Shown here piece after piece: positions 33,506 to 47,200 of a stretch of 64,000 nt of DNA; position 1 is the first letter of the stretch, and each line of letters starts with the position of its first letter. This DNA comes from Phoronis australis (taxonomy: Eukaryota; Animalia; Phoronida): positions 332,414 through 396,413 of the forward strand of contig NMRA01000214.1 of assembly GCA_002633005.1 (NCBI GenBank), given 5' to 3'. The notes below the pieces were generated by a model. That model was not told the origin of the DNA. It saw only the letters and a program-made list of their open reading frames with translations, and searched no databases. The position numbers and the translations under genes are program-made.

Positions 33506-36500
33506 AACCGTATGAATGACCCTCAATCAGCTCTAGATGTACTAGTTACAACCAGTGATACATGTCTGTAAGGACTTGTTTCTGTTATGTAATCACTTAC
33601 TAATCACTTATCTAATAAACTAGGAGTAGAAAATAACAATGTATCTAATGGGTCAAAACCTGAGGTGTTGAAATTCAGAAACTCAAAAATCGAGATGTGA
33701 ACATTAAGCTTAGAACAAATACAAATTGGGAAAAGCAATGTTTGCTCAAACACCAACATTAAGCTGGGTTGATGAACAACTTTCGATCGAGGTTACTTAC
33801 GGCTATAAAATCAATCTCATTGTCTTTCTTGCTCAGATCAGATATAATTCCTAGACTTGGGATTAACTGACAGGTCATTATGGCTTCATGTCAGGCTTAT
33901 TAAGTTGCTTGCCACACTGTGTTACTTTCACAAAAGCATTATGACTACCAGGGGAGTTCCAGACAAGTTTTTAAACGGATTTCAACTCAGACAAAGGATA
34001 AAAATGGAAGGATGATGCCTTGGATTGTTTCAACACCCCAACATAACAGTGGCCTTAAAAATCATGATCTCGAACTACCAGCCAATTGACCACTACCAGC
34101 CAACTGACCGGTCAATAACTACAAATTGACCATTGTACATCACAACAGTTCAATTTCATTAATTGTCCAAATATACACATATACAGAATTTGGTTTAGAA
34201 AAATACTACGTAAGCATATCAGTTTCACAGCGCCATCTAGCTATAACTTCTGATTACACGATATAGCAATTACTTTGATTTTCGTTAATAACCGTAGCCG
34301 GCATGAAAGGTTTTAACTCTGCAGTTTACATAGACGCATCTCTGGATAAGAATGAATTTCCAACGCTGATGGAAAAAAAACGAAGAAAAATCTAAAACTT
34401 CAGTCACAATGGCGGGCATCACGATTACAATAATCACGCACTGAAAACATTATCTTCAATCCTCAGGGGAAAAATTTAAATTAGACTTAACGCCTGGGAT
34501 TAAACGCAATTTCTTTTGCTCCAGCTGAACTTGAAGAGAGGTATTAAAATGTATTAATAAATGTAAATGCCTACATGAACTAAGTGCTTTCATCAAAAAG
34601 AAATTACCGTCCATTAGCCAAACTGCAAGTGAAAAGGCTTTGCTGGGCAAAAAGCTAATTACAAGACGCTATTTAGATAAATACATCAGCAGTAATTAAT
34701 AGCCGTCTATGAGATGAGACAAAGACCAGTCACTGGTTGTAATAACTTTCCCTGCAACCCATGATCAATCAAAGCCAGCCAGACAGGCATTGCCAGAAAA
34801 CTAGAACCCCCTTGGGAACCCCTTGACAAGTTGATGGTGATAGTTTTAACTGCTGGGTTTAACAAGGGGCACCCAGCGGGGACTACGAGATTGCTACCAG
34901 AAGGTGTGTACTAGATTAAATGAAAATTGGAAAATGGTCAGCTGCTAAACTGCCTAAAAAGTCCACAGATGTTGATGTTTTCATAAAGCATATACAATTT
35001 AACCGAAGTTTCATTCCCCGCCATGCACACCAATCATATTAACTCGAGGCACCTGATGGGATTATTGGGTTGTAACAAGATTGCATACCGAATTTATGCT
35101 AGGAGTCTCAAAACACAAGCCACCCCATGTCACAAATGCCCAATGAAACTTGATAACTTTTTCATCCACAAATCCACAAGGTTAAATATTTAAAAGGAGA
35201 TGAACATAGATCAAAAAGTGAGGCAAAAACACATAGAATACTGATTTCTCATTCACAAAATGAAACTAGATTACAGTTTGATAATGGGTACAGGTTTCCT
35301 GCAGGTAAATGTACTTTTTACTAGGAACAAGTTCTTCTTGAGGCGGCACATAACTTCCATTTCTCACAACACACACACAGCTGACATTGTACCTTTCACC
35401 ATGAGTAATTCAACTCAGACATCAGTCTAAATTCATACATTGAACACATCTGTTTTTTTGAGAACCTTCACTTGAACCTTAAGTTCCAATAAATGAAAAG
35501 CAAATGTTTGCTGTTATCATCAAAATGTTTCGCGCTGCAAACACTCCCCAATAAAAAGGTGGCCTTCTAAAAACTCAACAACCACGCCCAAGTGAGATTA
35601 CAAGACGTCAACGACACAGCTTCGATATTTGAAGATGATAATAATACTGTATTGAACATGAATTTCTAATGTTACTAAACTTGAATGAACAAGAGCCTAG
35701 AAAAAGGCAAACAAAAATCAACTTTAACCTTACAGCTAATAAAACACCATTATGGTATCTGTGGATTTGCTGATCACTATGAAGTAGACATTAAAACGCA
35801 CACAATAAATGTCACCCCAGCTATTTTCACTTAACAATGACATTCTTGCCTTTGGCAGTAGGATGACCTTATTAGACATACGTCTGACAATGGACAGAGA
35901 AATATCATCAGTGAATCATACCTGACAGATATATTCCAGCAGGACATGTGTAAATATGAGCTGACACTTGTGTTAATTTATATCCACAAGGGGTCAAACA
36001 CAGTTACTATATTGGGGTCGCAGGTCAAAACAGCATGAGTGGGTGAGATGTGTTGTACTTCCATATACTGTATACCAGAATTTACCTGGCAGTGGAGAAG
36101 TTGAAACACCCGACAAAAACCAACTGCCAACCAAAGAACTAGAAAATCACTAATCGCGATCGATTTTACATACTTAACAAATACTAAGATTTACGAATAT
36201 TACCTTACCAAATATTTCAACAGTGCAGAATTCCATACTGCTTGTGTTTCTCAATTTCAAAAACAGAAGAGCACATAAAACCATACAAAAATATCTTGGA
36301 GAGTCACACAACCAAGGACAAAAATGGGTAAAAGTCAAGTAAATAATGCACATTGTCGTTACTTAGTGAAAACTGGTTCCTGGCCACAATTTCCTATAGG
36401 GACCTGCTTACTTGACTTTTACCCTAAAATTCTCAACTCCTTTTTTAATAACACTGCATACTTACTGTACACAGTAGACCTTCACATCAGCCACTGCCTT

Positions 36501-39500
36501 CGAACCAACCACAGATCCACTTTATCACAACTTGAGAGTAAAAATATTCCCGTTCACTCAAAGTCAAAAGCAACAGACAGTCCGGCGGAGGAATTAAGCC
36601 GGGATCTAACACCAACACAAAGGATTCACACCAGAAAAAGTCACAACTTGAACAGCCATCACATTATTTTTAGGACCTCCAACAAGCTCCTCAGTTTGAA
36701 CACTAAACAAAGACTTTCCTTTCCTGACTTGCCCATGAAACACCCTTCATTCAAGCACAGAGCAGAGATCATTAGCAGAAAGAATTCACAACAAAACACT
36801 GAATCCATTAAACAATCTAAGGGGCTCCCGGCGGGGTAAGACCATACAAAGTCACTGCACAGAGGTTAAGAGACGGAGGATAGGACATCGACCAATCAAG
36901 TTCCAGAAAGATGATGAAGTTACATTTGATGGCAACCAGTTACCGCAGTTCAATGGGAATAAATTGAATTACTTCACTGTGCCCAGACTACATAAATCTA
37001 TACAAGGACTTCAAGGGCAAATTAAACTGAGAATAAATCAAATGTTGACTTCTAAAATTTCAAACACTGGGAACTCATGAGCGGCACAGAATTCTCAATG
37101 CACAATTACCAGTAGCAGAGTAGGTTAAGTGCTAAGTTAGAAGAAAAAGAAAGAAGGAAGGATTTAGCCATAAGATGGCTGAAGGCTGTTCACTTCAGAT
37201 TAATATACAAGGCACGTGATCAGCAGGATCAATAAGGAAGTTTCACGGTCGGAGAATACAAGATTTTACAGCAGCCTGCAGTCACTTACTTCTACATTAC
37301 AGTCGGTAGTTATTTTTTACCCAGTTATTTTTTTACCCGGAAGCAAGAATTTCACTTCGTCTTCTGTTATCTACATCCGTTGCTGTCTATGAAATGAAGC
37401 TGCTACGTAGAAATGAGACTAAAGATTCCAAAGCCAAAGTGAAATGGGCATGATCTTGTTCAAAGCCAATTCGCCATTTGTTAAACAAAGACATGCCCAA
37501 GATGCAAACAACAAAGCACAGATGTCCACATTTACATGGAAAATCCAACTAATTCCAAGGCATGCAAATATGTTGTTACACTTCACAAAGCACAAATCTA
37601 AATAAAACCATCAACAGAGTGCACAAAGGTTTTAACAGAGGGATACAACCTGCTAATCCACTCAGCCCAGATTACACTGTGACCGCTGTTACATAATCCA
37701 CCCACCAGCATGACCCTGGTGAACCTCACCTGACACCAACTCTGCATCACAGTGCAAATAAAGAGGACATGAAATGATGGGAATCTAATATCATTTAATT
37801 TCCCCACGGTGAAAAGGGGTAATTCATAACGTAACTAAACAGAGCTTGAATTTGAAGAATGTTGACTCCGGGCAAATTTAATATATTGTAAAATCAAACA
37901 CTGCTGACAAAATTATAAGAGCTTCTTTGCAAGAAGATCTTGATGTGTTTACTGTCTTGGAAATTTGAACAATTCAAGGAGTCAACACAAACACTATTGT
38001 ACTTCACTCCTGCGGAAGAAATGCATCAAAACTAAAATAGACGCCCATGTCAATACAAAATCCTCAAGACTGGATTTACAAGGTGAAAAACTGAATATGA
38101 ATTGGACATACCATTGAGTGGCAAAACGCCAGCAGTTTTTCAGAGGACAAAATGCTGGCGTTTTTGTCAGACAGCTAATGCTCAAGCCAGTAAATCAACC
38201 TTACTGTCTCATTTTTTCATAATAAACTATATACAGTACCAGAATGGTGCTTTGCCACATCCAAGTTTTGTGCCATTGCTACCAACAGAAAATATTTTGA
38301 AAAATTGTTGGCATTCAGCACAGCAATCTTTAAAAGCCCTTGAAAAGGCAAAAGTACAATGTTGGCATTTTTTTGGCGGAAACTGATGAGATTTTATCAT
38401 ACTAGTTAAGTAAAATTGTGACGTACACTGTAGTACACTAAGATGACGTCAATAACGAATAAGGCTTAATGAATAGGGAACAGAAGGACTTCACAGTGAT
38501 ACTGACTCAGACCAGACAATAGGACCAGGTGTAGGGAGGTGGTGAAATGGAGGGAAAGTTGTGTTGTCTGGCTTTGAAATGGTTGATACACTACGCATGA
38601 GCGGTCACTGCACACCTGACTAGAACAAACAAACCCACGCCTGCTGGGTCAATGGTTAATGGCTCATTAACGGCCTTAAAAAGGTGTGATTGATGTTAGA
38701 CCATAATCTAATTAGTCAAGTAAATAACCGTTTGATTACTTAGAGATTAAAAAGTATGAACCATGAAGGATCAAGCATTGAACAGAAACACTTATCATTT
38801 GGCAAGATTACAAACTGTGGCAGAAATGTTACTTATCCGTGTCTTTGTCCAGCATTTCAAAAAGTTTGAGATCATGGATGAAACTGAATATGGTTAGTTT
38901 GTTGTTACACAAATTGACACTCCTCAAAAACTTCTAGCTTAAGTCAAACCGCATGTCTGTTAACAAGTATATGAACGTGTTTCTGCAAATGGGCCCAATT
39001 GAAAGAATGGGTGGATCCCAACTTTGACTGGGGGCACTCCCAGTAGACGAGGTGAATGTGACAAGGGGTTGGAATGCGGATCCCGAGGTAGAGTAGGGGG
39101 GAGGGGCTACCTATAGTACTAACCCAAATGTTCTTGTTTGCAAAACACAAATGAGGCCTGGCTTCATCACCACCAAACATCTCAAGGACCTTTCCCACAC
39201 CCAACTTGCTACAACCTTTCTTGATCTTTTCGGACATACGACCTTCCACCAATGAACAAAGACACAAATTTATGACCTGGTCAAAATAAAACTTTAACTA
39301 AAACAAACTATTCTTTATAGTAGAAGAGTTCAATTTTTTGTGGTTTCACTTTGGACAGAAAGCCCTGGACCATGGATAACACAAAACACTTCTCACCATG
39401 GGAGCAGCTGATGTTCATGCTTGACTTCCACAAGCAACAGTGTCCACAGCAGGAGTTTCAACATTCTGTACAGCATCATGCATGGTGTTTCAAGAGAGAC

Positions 39501-39681
39501 CATCTAGGTACATCTCACTCAATGTTCAGTTGGTCTGTGACGTAACTTATATACTTTAACAGTAATCACTGTAATTAGGCAGTAATCCTTCTCGATACAT
39601 AATTCATTGAGGACACAACTTTGTTCAGTTTAATTTTGGACTCTTTATTTAGGTGATTTGTACAGTATGATGCACAGCAAA

Positions 39682-39720
<39 letters not shown>

Positions 39721-39750
39721 TGCGTGTGTGTTTGTGCGTGTGTGTGTGCG
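39682..39750. repeat. (GT)n microsatellite
   Basis: Long gt run. Confidence 0.95.
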
Positions 39751-39845
39751 CTTATATAATCACGTAGTTTCGCATGCCAATTTCATGTATTACATTGCAT
39801 TTGTCATTTCTGAGGTGCGTTTTAGTGTGAACTAGTAGTAAATGC

Positions 39846-39884
39846 AAGCCTGGAGATGAGATACATGTCTCGAAATATCGCTCT
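39846..39884 (+). ncRNA. Degenerate minimal type-I hammerhead-ribozyme-like motif (Penelope-type remnant)
   Basis: agc-CTGGAGA-tGAGAtacatgTCTC-GAAA-tATC-gct; core CUGANGA with one substitution, 4-bp stem II, short stem I. Confidence 0.4.
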
Positions 39885-40414
39885 ATAATTTATGTTGCTG
39901 ATTTCTTTTGGATTTTTATTGCTCTCTTGTGATGTTAACACAAGATTTCTTTTTGGAGAGTTTTAAAGAACCAAAATCTAACTTGTAAAAAATAAACAAA
40001 GTTGTGTCTTCAATCAATTATGCCTTTAACAGTAAAGAAACATTGTAAATGTAACCAATCCAATAGGGAAACAGCTAACTGTGCTCATCAATACGCCGAT
40101 ACATCACAGAAACACGACGGAATTGCCGCACGAAGAATACCAAGTGTGACTAGGAGAGAACATGTATGGGCGTCCATCAGTCACATATTTACCGTTTGAT
40201 GACATTGTTTATAGAAAATCAAAATCATCATTTACAACCAGTGATTAATACAGGATTTCAAAATGAGTGTCCCAATTTCTCAGGGCATCCATGACCACTA
40301 ACCGGCAACAGTGTTTTTATAATCCCCAAGTCAAATCACTGTTACAGTGCGGAATGCTACTGCCTAGACATGGTTCTGCACTTAATTTTAGTGTATCTAA
40401 CAACATTTCTAAAT

Positions 40415-40561
40415 CCAGGCCAATGAGCTTCAAGAGAGCTACTGCTAGCAAGTTAACAGAGACCCAGGCCAATGAGCTTCAAGAGAGCTACTGTTAGCAA
40501 GTTAACAGAGACCCAGGCCAATGAGCTTCAAGAGAGCTTCTGCTAGCAAGTTAACAGAGAC
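40415..40561. repeat. 49-bp tandem repeat, 3 copies
   Basis: ccaggccaatgagcttcaagagagctactgctagcaagttaacagagac at 40415, 40464 and 40513, one substitution each in copies 2 and 3. Confidence 0.95.
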
Positions 40562-43500
40562 AACCATGATTTCTTGCTTACTTTACCTGGCATCCATATG
40601 CTCAACAGGGAATTCTAACTAGGGTGTCTAAATTTATGTCAGGGTGCCCACTTGGAGGCAACAGCCGAGTCAAAGTTGTCAGTTGCAGAAATGAGGTTCC
40701 TCTTGCTTTCCTCATAAGTCTTGAATTATGGGGTTACCATTAAATAACTGGTTACTACTAAACTTGAATACCTTGACACAAGAATGCACAACTGGTGGAT
40801 GTCCTCTAGACTCAGACACTGGCCAACAGAACCAAACACAAGGGTTACCATGACAACAGAATGATCAAGCAGCCACCAGGAGGTACCAATAAATTCCACG
40901 AACACAAACACTGGCACACAGTACTAACACACAGAATCTGTGGGGTGGCACTGATAAAAGGATTTCATGGGAGCAAATTCCAAAATGACTATAATAATGA
41001 GAAATCACATTAATAAGTCTATTCATGCCAATATCAGCTATCAGTAGACACAAGTCACCCTGCCATCATGCTATTGTCAGATAACGTTCCATTAAAGGAG
41101 ACATTAATTTAAAATGACTGACAAAATACAAATGGTAAACAGATGATTACTATTAGTGGTCATCCAGCCAAGAAAATAACAGTTCACAAAAATGAGGATT
41201 AACTTCTAGTTTCAAAAAGCATTCACCTTGTTCTTGATAATAATTGTGCAAACCCAATAAAACACCACCTATAGCTATTATCACACACTATTTTGAAATT
41301 CTCTTAAATATGTGTTCAAAGGCGAGTGTGAGCTGAAAATTTGGTCATTATTTTTATCTGAGTGATAAAACCAGTGGTAATATCTTAGTGCAAGAAAATG
41401 GACCATGCCAGTGTATTTTATCAGCTGTACTCCAATCACTCACATGACCAAACCAGAACAAGATGGAGATGACTTACTCCACAGAAACCCTCCACACACT
41501 GAGAAGTGTTTTTGGTAAGGGAGTTAAAATTGCATTTTGATTTGTTTAGCTGGCTTAAAAAACAACATAGAATAAGGCCCTTTGCTCTGATAAACTTAGC
41601 GTACGTGCAGCATTTTCGAATTCACGATTGTAGAGTTTTCTAATCCCAATAGAGCCTGGCGTATTTTGTTGAGTACCTGAAGGATTGATGTTTTTGATGT
41701 TAAAGAAAATAGAATGCAATAATACTATGGTAAAATCTCACCAATTTCGGACGAACATAATTGCCAAAATTAGTCTTTTTTTCCATTTTTCAAACCCTTC
41801 TAATATTGTTTTGAGTGTCCACAATTTCCCATAAACCTAGCAAATGGCATAGCAGTTATTTGGTGCTACTTATCTTTTATTAAAAAAACAAAAACATAAC
41901 ATTTCACTTGTTCGTCATACTGTGTCCCAAATTGGCAAGATTTTTCCGTAAGGGACATTACGTGTCAACTTCAAAAGAGGCCCAATTCGATTTTCATTTC
42001 CAGCTAAACTGGATGAAATGTAGCTTTAACATTTCATAATTTCACATGATTGAAATGTCAACAGAATGGAGTTAACTCAACACGTGGCCAGGTTTGCCCG
42101 AGTAATTTTATTTCAGCGAGTACCGTCGTTAGAACTGGTGCGTCCTTTTGACTTAAACCTAATAATCACACACTACTGTGGTTTACTAGCTGTCAAACAA
42201 GCTCGGATCCAGCACCTCGACAGATCAATCAAATGATCAATAAACGTGTTCTGGCACACATCAAAACACTTATCGATTATTTCTCTAACATGCCATCCTG
42301 CGGAAATGATACATTTTACACATATTTCAATCAAATCACACGTGAATTGGACTCGGATCAATAGCATTTGGATTACGACTAGAAATCTGATCCAATTGTT
42401 CATTTTTAAAAGACTATTACAGAAAAACAAAACTATACAAAGTCGTGATATTGGCATCTCGGGGTTTGCATTATGTAAATATTTCATCAATACAGCAGAT
42501 AATTTTATTGCTGAGAATACATTTCAGCAGTGCCTACGGTACGTAGGTCACATGGATTGGCAGTCGTGGTGGAGATGAAAACTGACTCGGCACTTGTCCA
42601 ACGATAGAATTACAGATCTAGTAAAATTGAAACAATGTCAAATAAAAATAATTACCAAAATTGCATTTTTTTCAATTTCAAGGGTTTCTTACATTGCTGT
42701 GAATACCCATTATTTTTCAAAATATTGAAAATTGTTAAAATCAAATTTCACCTGTCAGTCATACTGTGTCCTAAATCTGAGAGATTTTACTATACAACAA
42801 GTTCCAAGGTCACTCAGGCCTAAGGGGGTGACCACATCTGCAAAGTGACCAATGGGCAGAGAGTGCCTAGGATGGTCACTAAGTTAATATTACATAACGA
42901 GTTCATTTATGGGTGGCCAGGCAGAGGGAACAGAAGTATTATGTAATGTTAAGTGATTAGAAGACATATACACACTGTTTCTAAAACAAACATGTCCAGG
43001 AAATGACCAACTGTTATTTGTTGCCCTTCCATAATCCAGATTCCCAAAAGTTTAGGGAACTTGTCAGACTGCACAAGGTCTTTTTTGGCATAGATATCAG
43101 TAGAAAGGCGTATCCAATGTTCATTTTGTAATTCTTTCTCAAAATAAAGACGACTGGTACGTAAGCATTTCCACCAGCTGATGTGCGCCCAAAGTACGAT
43201 ATCCCTGCAACCTGTATTGTTATACGGTCCAACAAAGACGCAACAAAGGCAAACAACGGTAGTGCCCCATAGGCGATAACCATGCTTATGCCCGCCATAT
43301 AGATCTAGAAAGCTAAACAATAGCTTGCGATCTTCATACAATGTCATTTGGCATGGATAGCCACTAACACATCTAATACTCACAATGCTCCTAGTACGAT
43401 GACTACATTTTAGTCTTGGGGGCATTTTCATTCGAAGACGAGCACAACCATCAAAAGCCGACATTTCGTTTGAAAGAGTGCCACACAATGACCAGGTAAA

Positions 43501-44149
43501 TTAATGTTACAATGTAACACAATGGAAGCCCCAACTCAAGACAATAACAAAGGCATTCAAGTAACAATTTTTGATTTGTGCCAATATATTATTTCTACAC
43601 AGTTACTCGTCAGGTAAGGACATGACATGACAGACCAGTGAAATTTCATTTTCTCATTTTTCTTAAAATGTAAATACCATCAAATCAATGCTTCACCATT
43701 TTCAAGATGTTACCAAAGCTACCACAAAACAATATTTTTGAAAAACTGCGGTAATTCATATCAATGTTAGAAAGCAGTTGAAAATGAAAATTGAGCCATT
43801 ACTTTTATTCGAAATTATTGAGATTATACACAACATAGCATCGTGACTGGAACATCTGCTTTGACCGCTACAATAGTTACTACCTGCATGCCACACAGTG
43901 GAGATACGGGGAACTAAAGCATGTTCACAGGAAATGTGCTTGCCAGTTAAAATCAATTGCCCTTGAAACAAATTGATAATTTGTTATTTTTGATGGTGAG
44001 CAGTAACCACAGGGGCTTGCATACAACAGATCCACAAGAGAGGTCAAAGGTCAGAGCCAACTGCATGTTTCTTTAATTCTCAGCTCAGTGCAAATGGATT
44101 AGATTACAGAGCTCTGACAGCATTTGTTACCCAATTATGAATGGAAAAA

Positions 44150-44180
44150 ACACACACAGCACAGAGCACACACGCACGCA

Positions 44181-44234
<54 letters not shown>

Positions 44235-44238
44235 ACAC
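44150..44238. repeat. (AC)n microsatellite
   Basis: Long ac run. Confidence 0.95.
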
Positions 44239-47200
44239 AGTGGACTTGGGTGGAGAGCTTGGCACAGAATTTTTACATTCCACAAATAAGTATGAGAACA
44301 TTTCTATACTTAGGAACAAAAATCACAGATGTCTACCATTACGCGGATCCCGTCATGAAAAACGCGTCATACTCAAATTATGAAACCAAAATGTGGTGAA
44401 ATTATTAATTTAATATCGTTTAGATTACAATTGACTGCGACTATTTTAAGCCAAGAAGCCCACCAAGCCGTTAACCAGCTGTTCTTCCAAATCGCATCCT
44501 CTCATATCAAAGAGGCCATTCTAAGTTGGCAGTTATCATTACTGGCGAGTTCAGGGTTTTCAAACCAGGAAGACAAAAAGAACCGTGACAGGAACATTGC
44601 CATCCTTTACTCACACAGGAAGAAAACCACAAAACTGTCAGTCTTTCCTCAGGAAGTCCTACCAGCAGGTACAACGATTTCGGTAACAGTTGCAAAAACT
44701 AATTTGAGCCACAGAGACAGGAGTGCCAATATGATATCAAGGGTTCTTATCCCAGTTCAAAAGAATTTCCCATCCAATAAGCTCTCAATGATCAGAACAG
44801 CACAATGACACTCCTGGCTAATTCAATAATTAATATTTTATCAGTCAATGAACACTTGAGGGCCGACACAACATGGGTCTCAAGGGGACTTGATCTGGGC
44901 AAGCTGGAATGTAGTTCATTACGAACAGCTCTGTCAGTAATAGTCGATTAAACAACACTATAGCTAAAGCCCGTGCATCTATAAGCAAAATAATGATGCA
45001 TCCTTTTCAAACAAAAAATTGCCCAAGTGTTTCACTCACAAGACCATACGTCTACACAGGGCAATTATGCCTTACATATGTAAGTCTTGAACTTCAATGC
45101 TAAGTACACTCCATTCAAATATGGTAATATCTAATATACTTTGGACGAAATTGATTGCGCTGTTTTCACTTTTCAATCTTCTAGCAGTGTTGTGAAAGTC
45201 CACATTCTAAATAAAGTTATCTAATGTTAACCACGCCCACAGCGCAGTTAAAATTAAATTCAACCCAAAAACATCTTTCAGTTCTGTTTTGTCTGCGTTT
45301 CAACAATGAATCAAACTTTAGAGCACATTATTAGTATCATACTGGCCAACTTGGGGAGTCTCGTATAAAGCAATGACCAACTCTTTTCTAATCCAAGTCT
45401 GAGAACAATTTCGTAATTATAAGTGACCTAAATAAAAAGTAATTTTTGACAGACAGCAGGTGTATAACTGAGATAGCATGGCCATAAACTGTTCTTGTAG
45501 GAAAAGTTTAGAAATTAAACGAAAAACCCCACATAGTTTGCCTTCCACAGACTGTTTTGAGTTTCAAGTTAAATAACGTTATATTACCCCGTGACTAACC
45601 CAAAACGAAAACTTGTAAAAAACATACACAATTAGAAAACTCAAGCCTGTTATTTCTTTGACACAGGAATGCTTCAGACATCTCTGGACAGCTGTTAAGC
45701 CAAGTTTGACCACATAATGAACGCAGCAGCGCACGGTCCAAGCACAGCCAAGCAAATTTGACGAAGGATATCAAAGTCAGCGACCCCACTCTGCCACTAT
45801 CGACAGCGAGACTCCAAGAAATCTTAATAACAACAGCCAGGGAAACCAGGCATACCAGAGCAACTGATAAACGTAACCTTGGGTAGTACTGGAACAAGGG
45901 CGCTCCAGCAGTAGACACTGCCAGCACATAAAACTGGTGGCGACTGTAAAGCTGCACAAGGACCATTGTGGCCTCAAGCCACGCTATGCTGTGTACACTC
46001 CTGCAGAACATATGATCAATACTAATCGACCAACCCCAAGTGCACATAATCCCAATCATTCTTCAAAATCCAAAATTCCAGAGTGGCTTATTTTTAACGA
46101 TGGGTTGCACGAGACACTACTACACAAGAACTGAAGATTGTATTAAAACTAATGGTTAAAACTCCAAGGCCTAACTACTTGTGCTTGAAGACATTTTCCT
46201 CGTTACATTTGGAAAAAAAACGATTACATCTGGAAAAACTGTGATACGCTGTGTTTTACAAGTATACACAGGGAGAAGAAACAGAACAGCTTGAAGTCTG
46301 TACCTTATACAATGGCTGTTTGTTCTTACCGTATTTCTTTCATCTATACCATATAACAATTTGCCATTCATTTTGATAATCATCAGTGCCCAAACCTCAA
46401 AACAAGAGATTTCCTTCTCAGTTATGATAACCCTTCTAATGACCAACTGTGACTTTGTTTAAATTATAAAATTAAACCAATTTATAGATAACAGTGTCTG
46501 CTTTTGAAATAAATCACGTTAGCCTTCTTAAATTTCGCACAAATGAAGTCTAGCAGTTCTATTTTTACTTCAGGCACGACAATGTGCTCAATCAGTAATA
46601 AAACACTCCTAAATTAGCATTTCTTCCTTTTCGAATTTTAAGAGAGCCTCAAACATGAACGTCGGCAATTCGCCCTGCCTCGAAACCAAAAACTCAATTA
46701 GACCCTTTTGCCCTAAAAATCTGTAGAATAATATTCCCTACCCAACTAAAATTCTACTTCCATAACCAACAAGTGCATCAAAACTATCACAATTCAAGAA
46801 ACCTCTTCAGAGGTTACTGGTGTTGGCCAAGCCTAAAATTGTCAATTCGAAAATAGACTGGTACATTTGAGTTTCCAACTCATTATGCAACAATTCAAAT
46901 GGCAATTTTTAACCCCACAATGTTTCAGTTAAGAATTAAACACGGACAACAAAACAGTGGCAAAATGCAGCCTTAATTGTTACCAAAACCTCAGATAAAG
47001 GTATATTGTTACATCTAACCAAATTTTTAAGTGCCAACTTGGACAAACACAAAGTTATCAATTTCTATCAGGCAATTTTCTGACCATGTTGCCAGTTCAC
47101 ACAGAAACACTGACAATGTAAATTCACCCAAAAGCCACACTGATTAGCACGATAATCTTGGATGTTGAAAATGGAACAAGATTTGAAATTCATCAATTCT

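Noticed and set aside
29924-40561. CRISPR-like arrays (28-bp and 49-bp repeats)
   Set aside because: Units are contiguous with no unique spacers, there are no cas genes, and the context is eukaryotic.
36324-46059. Longer ORFs in the upstream region (36324, 42949, 44380, 45595)
   Set aside because: No domains or splice pairing, and composition matches the local non-coding skew.
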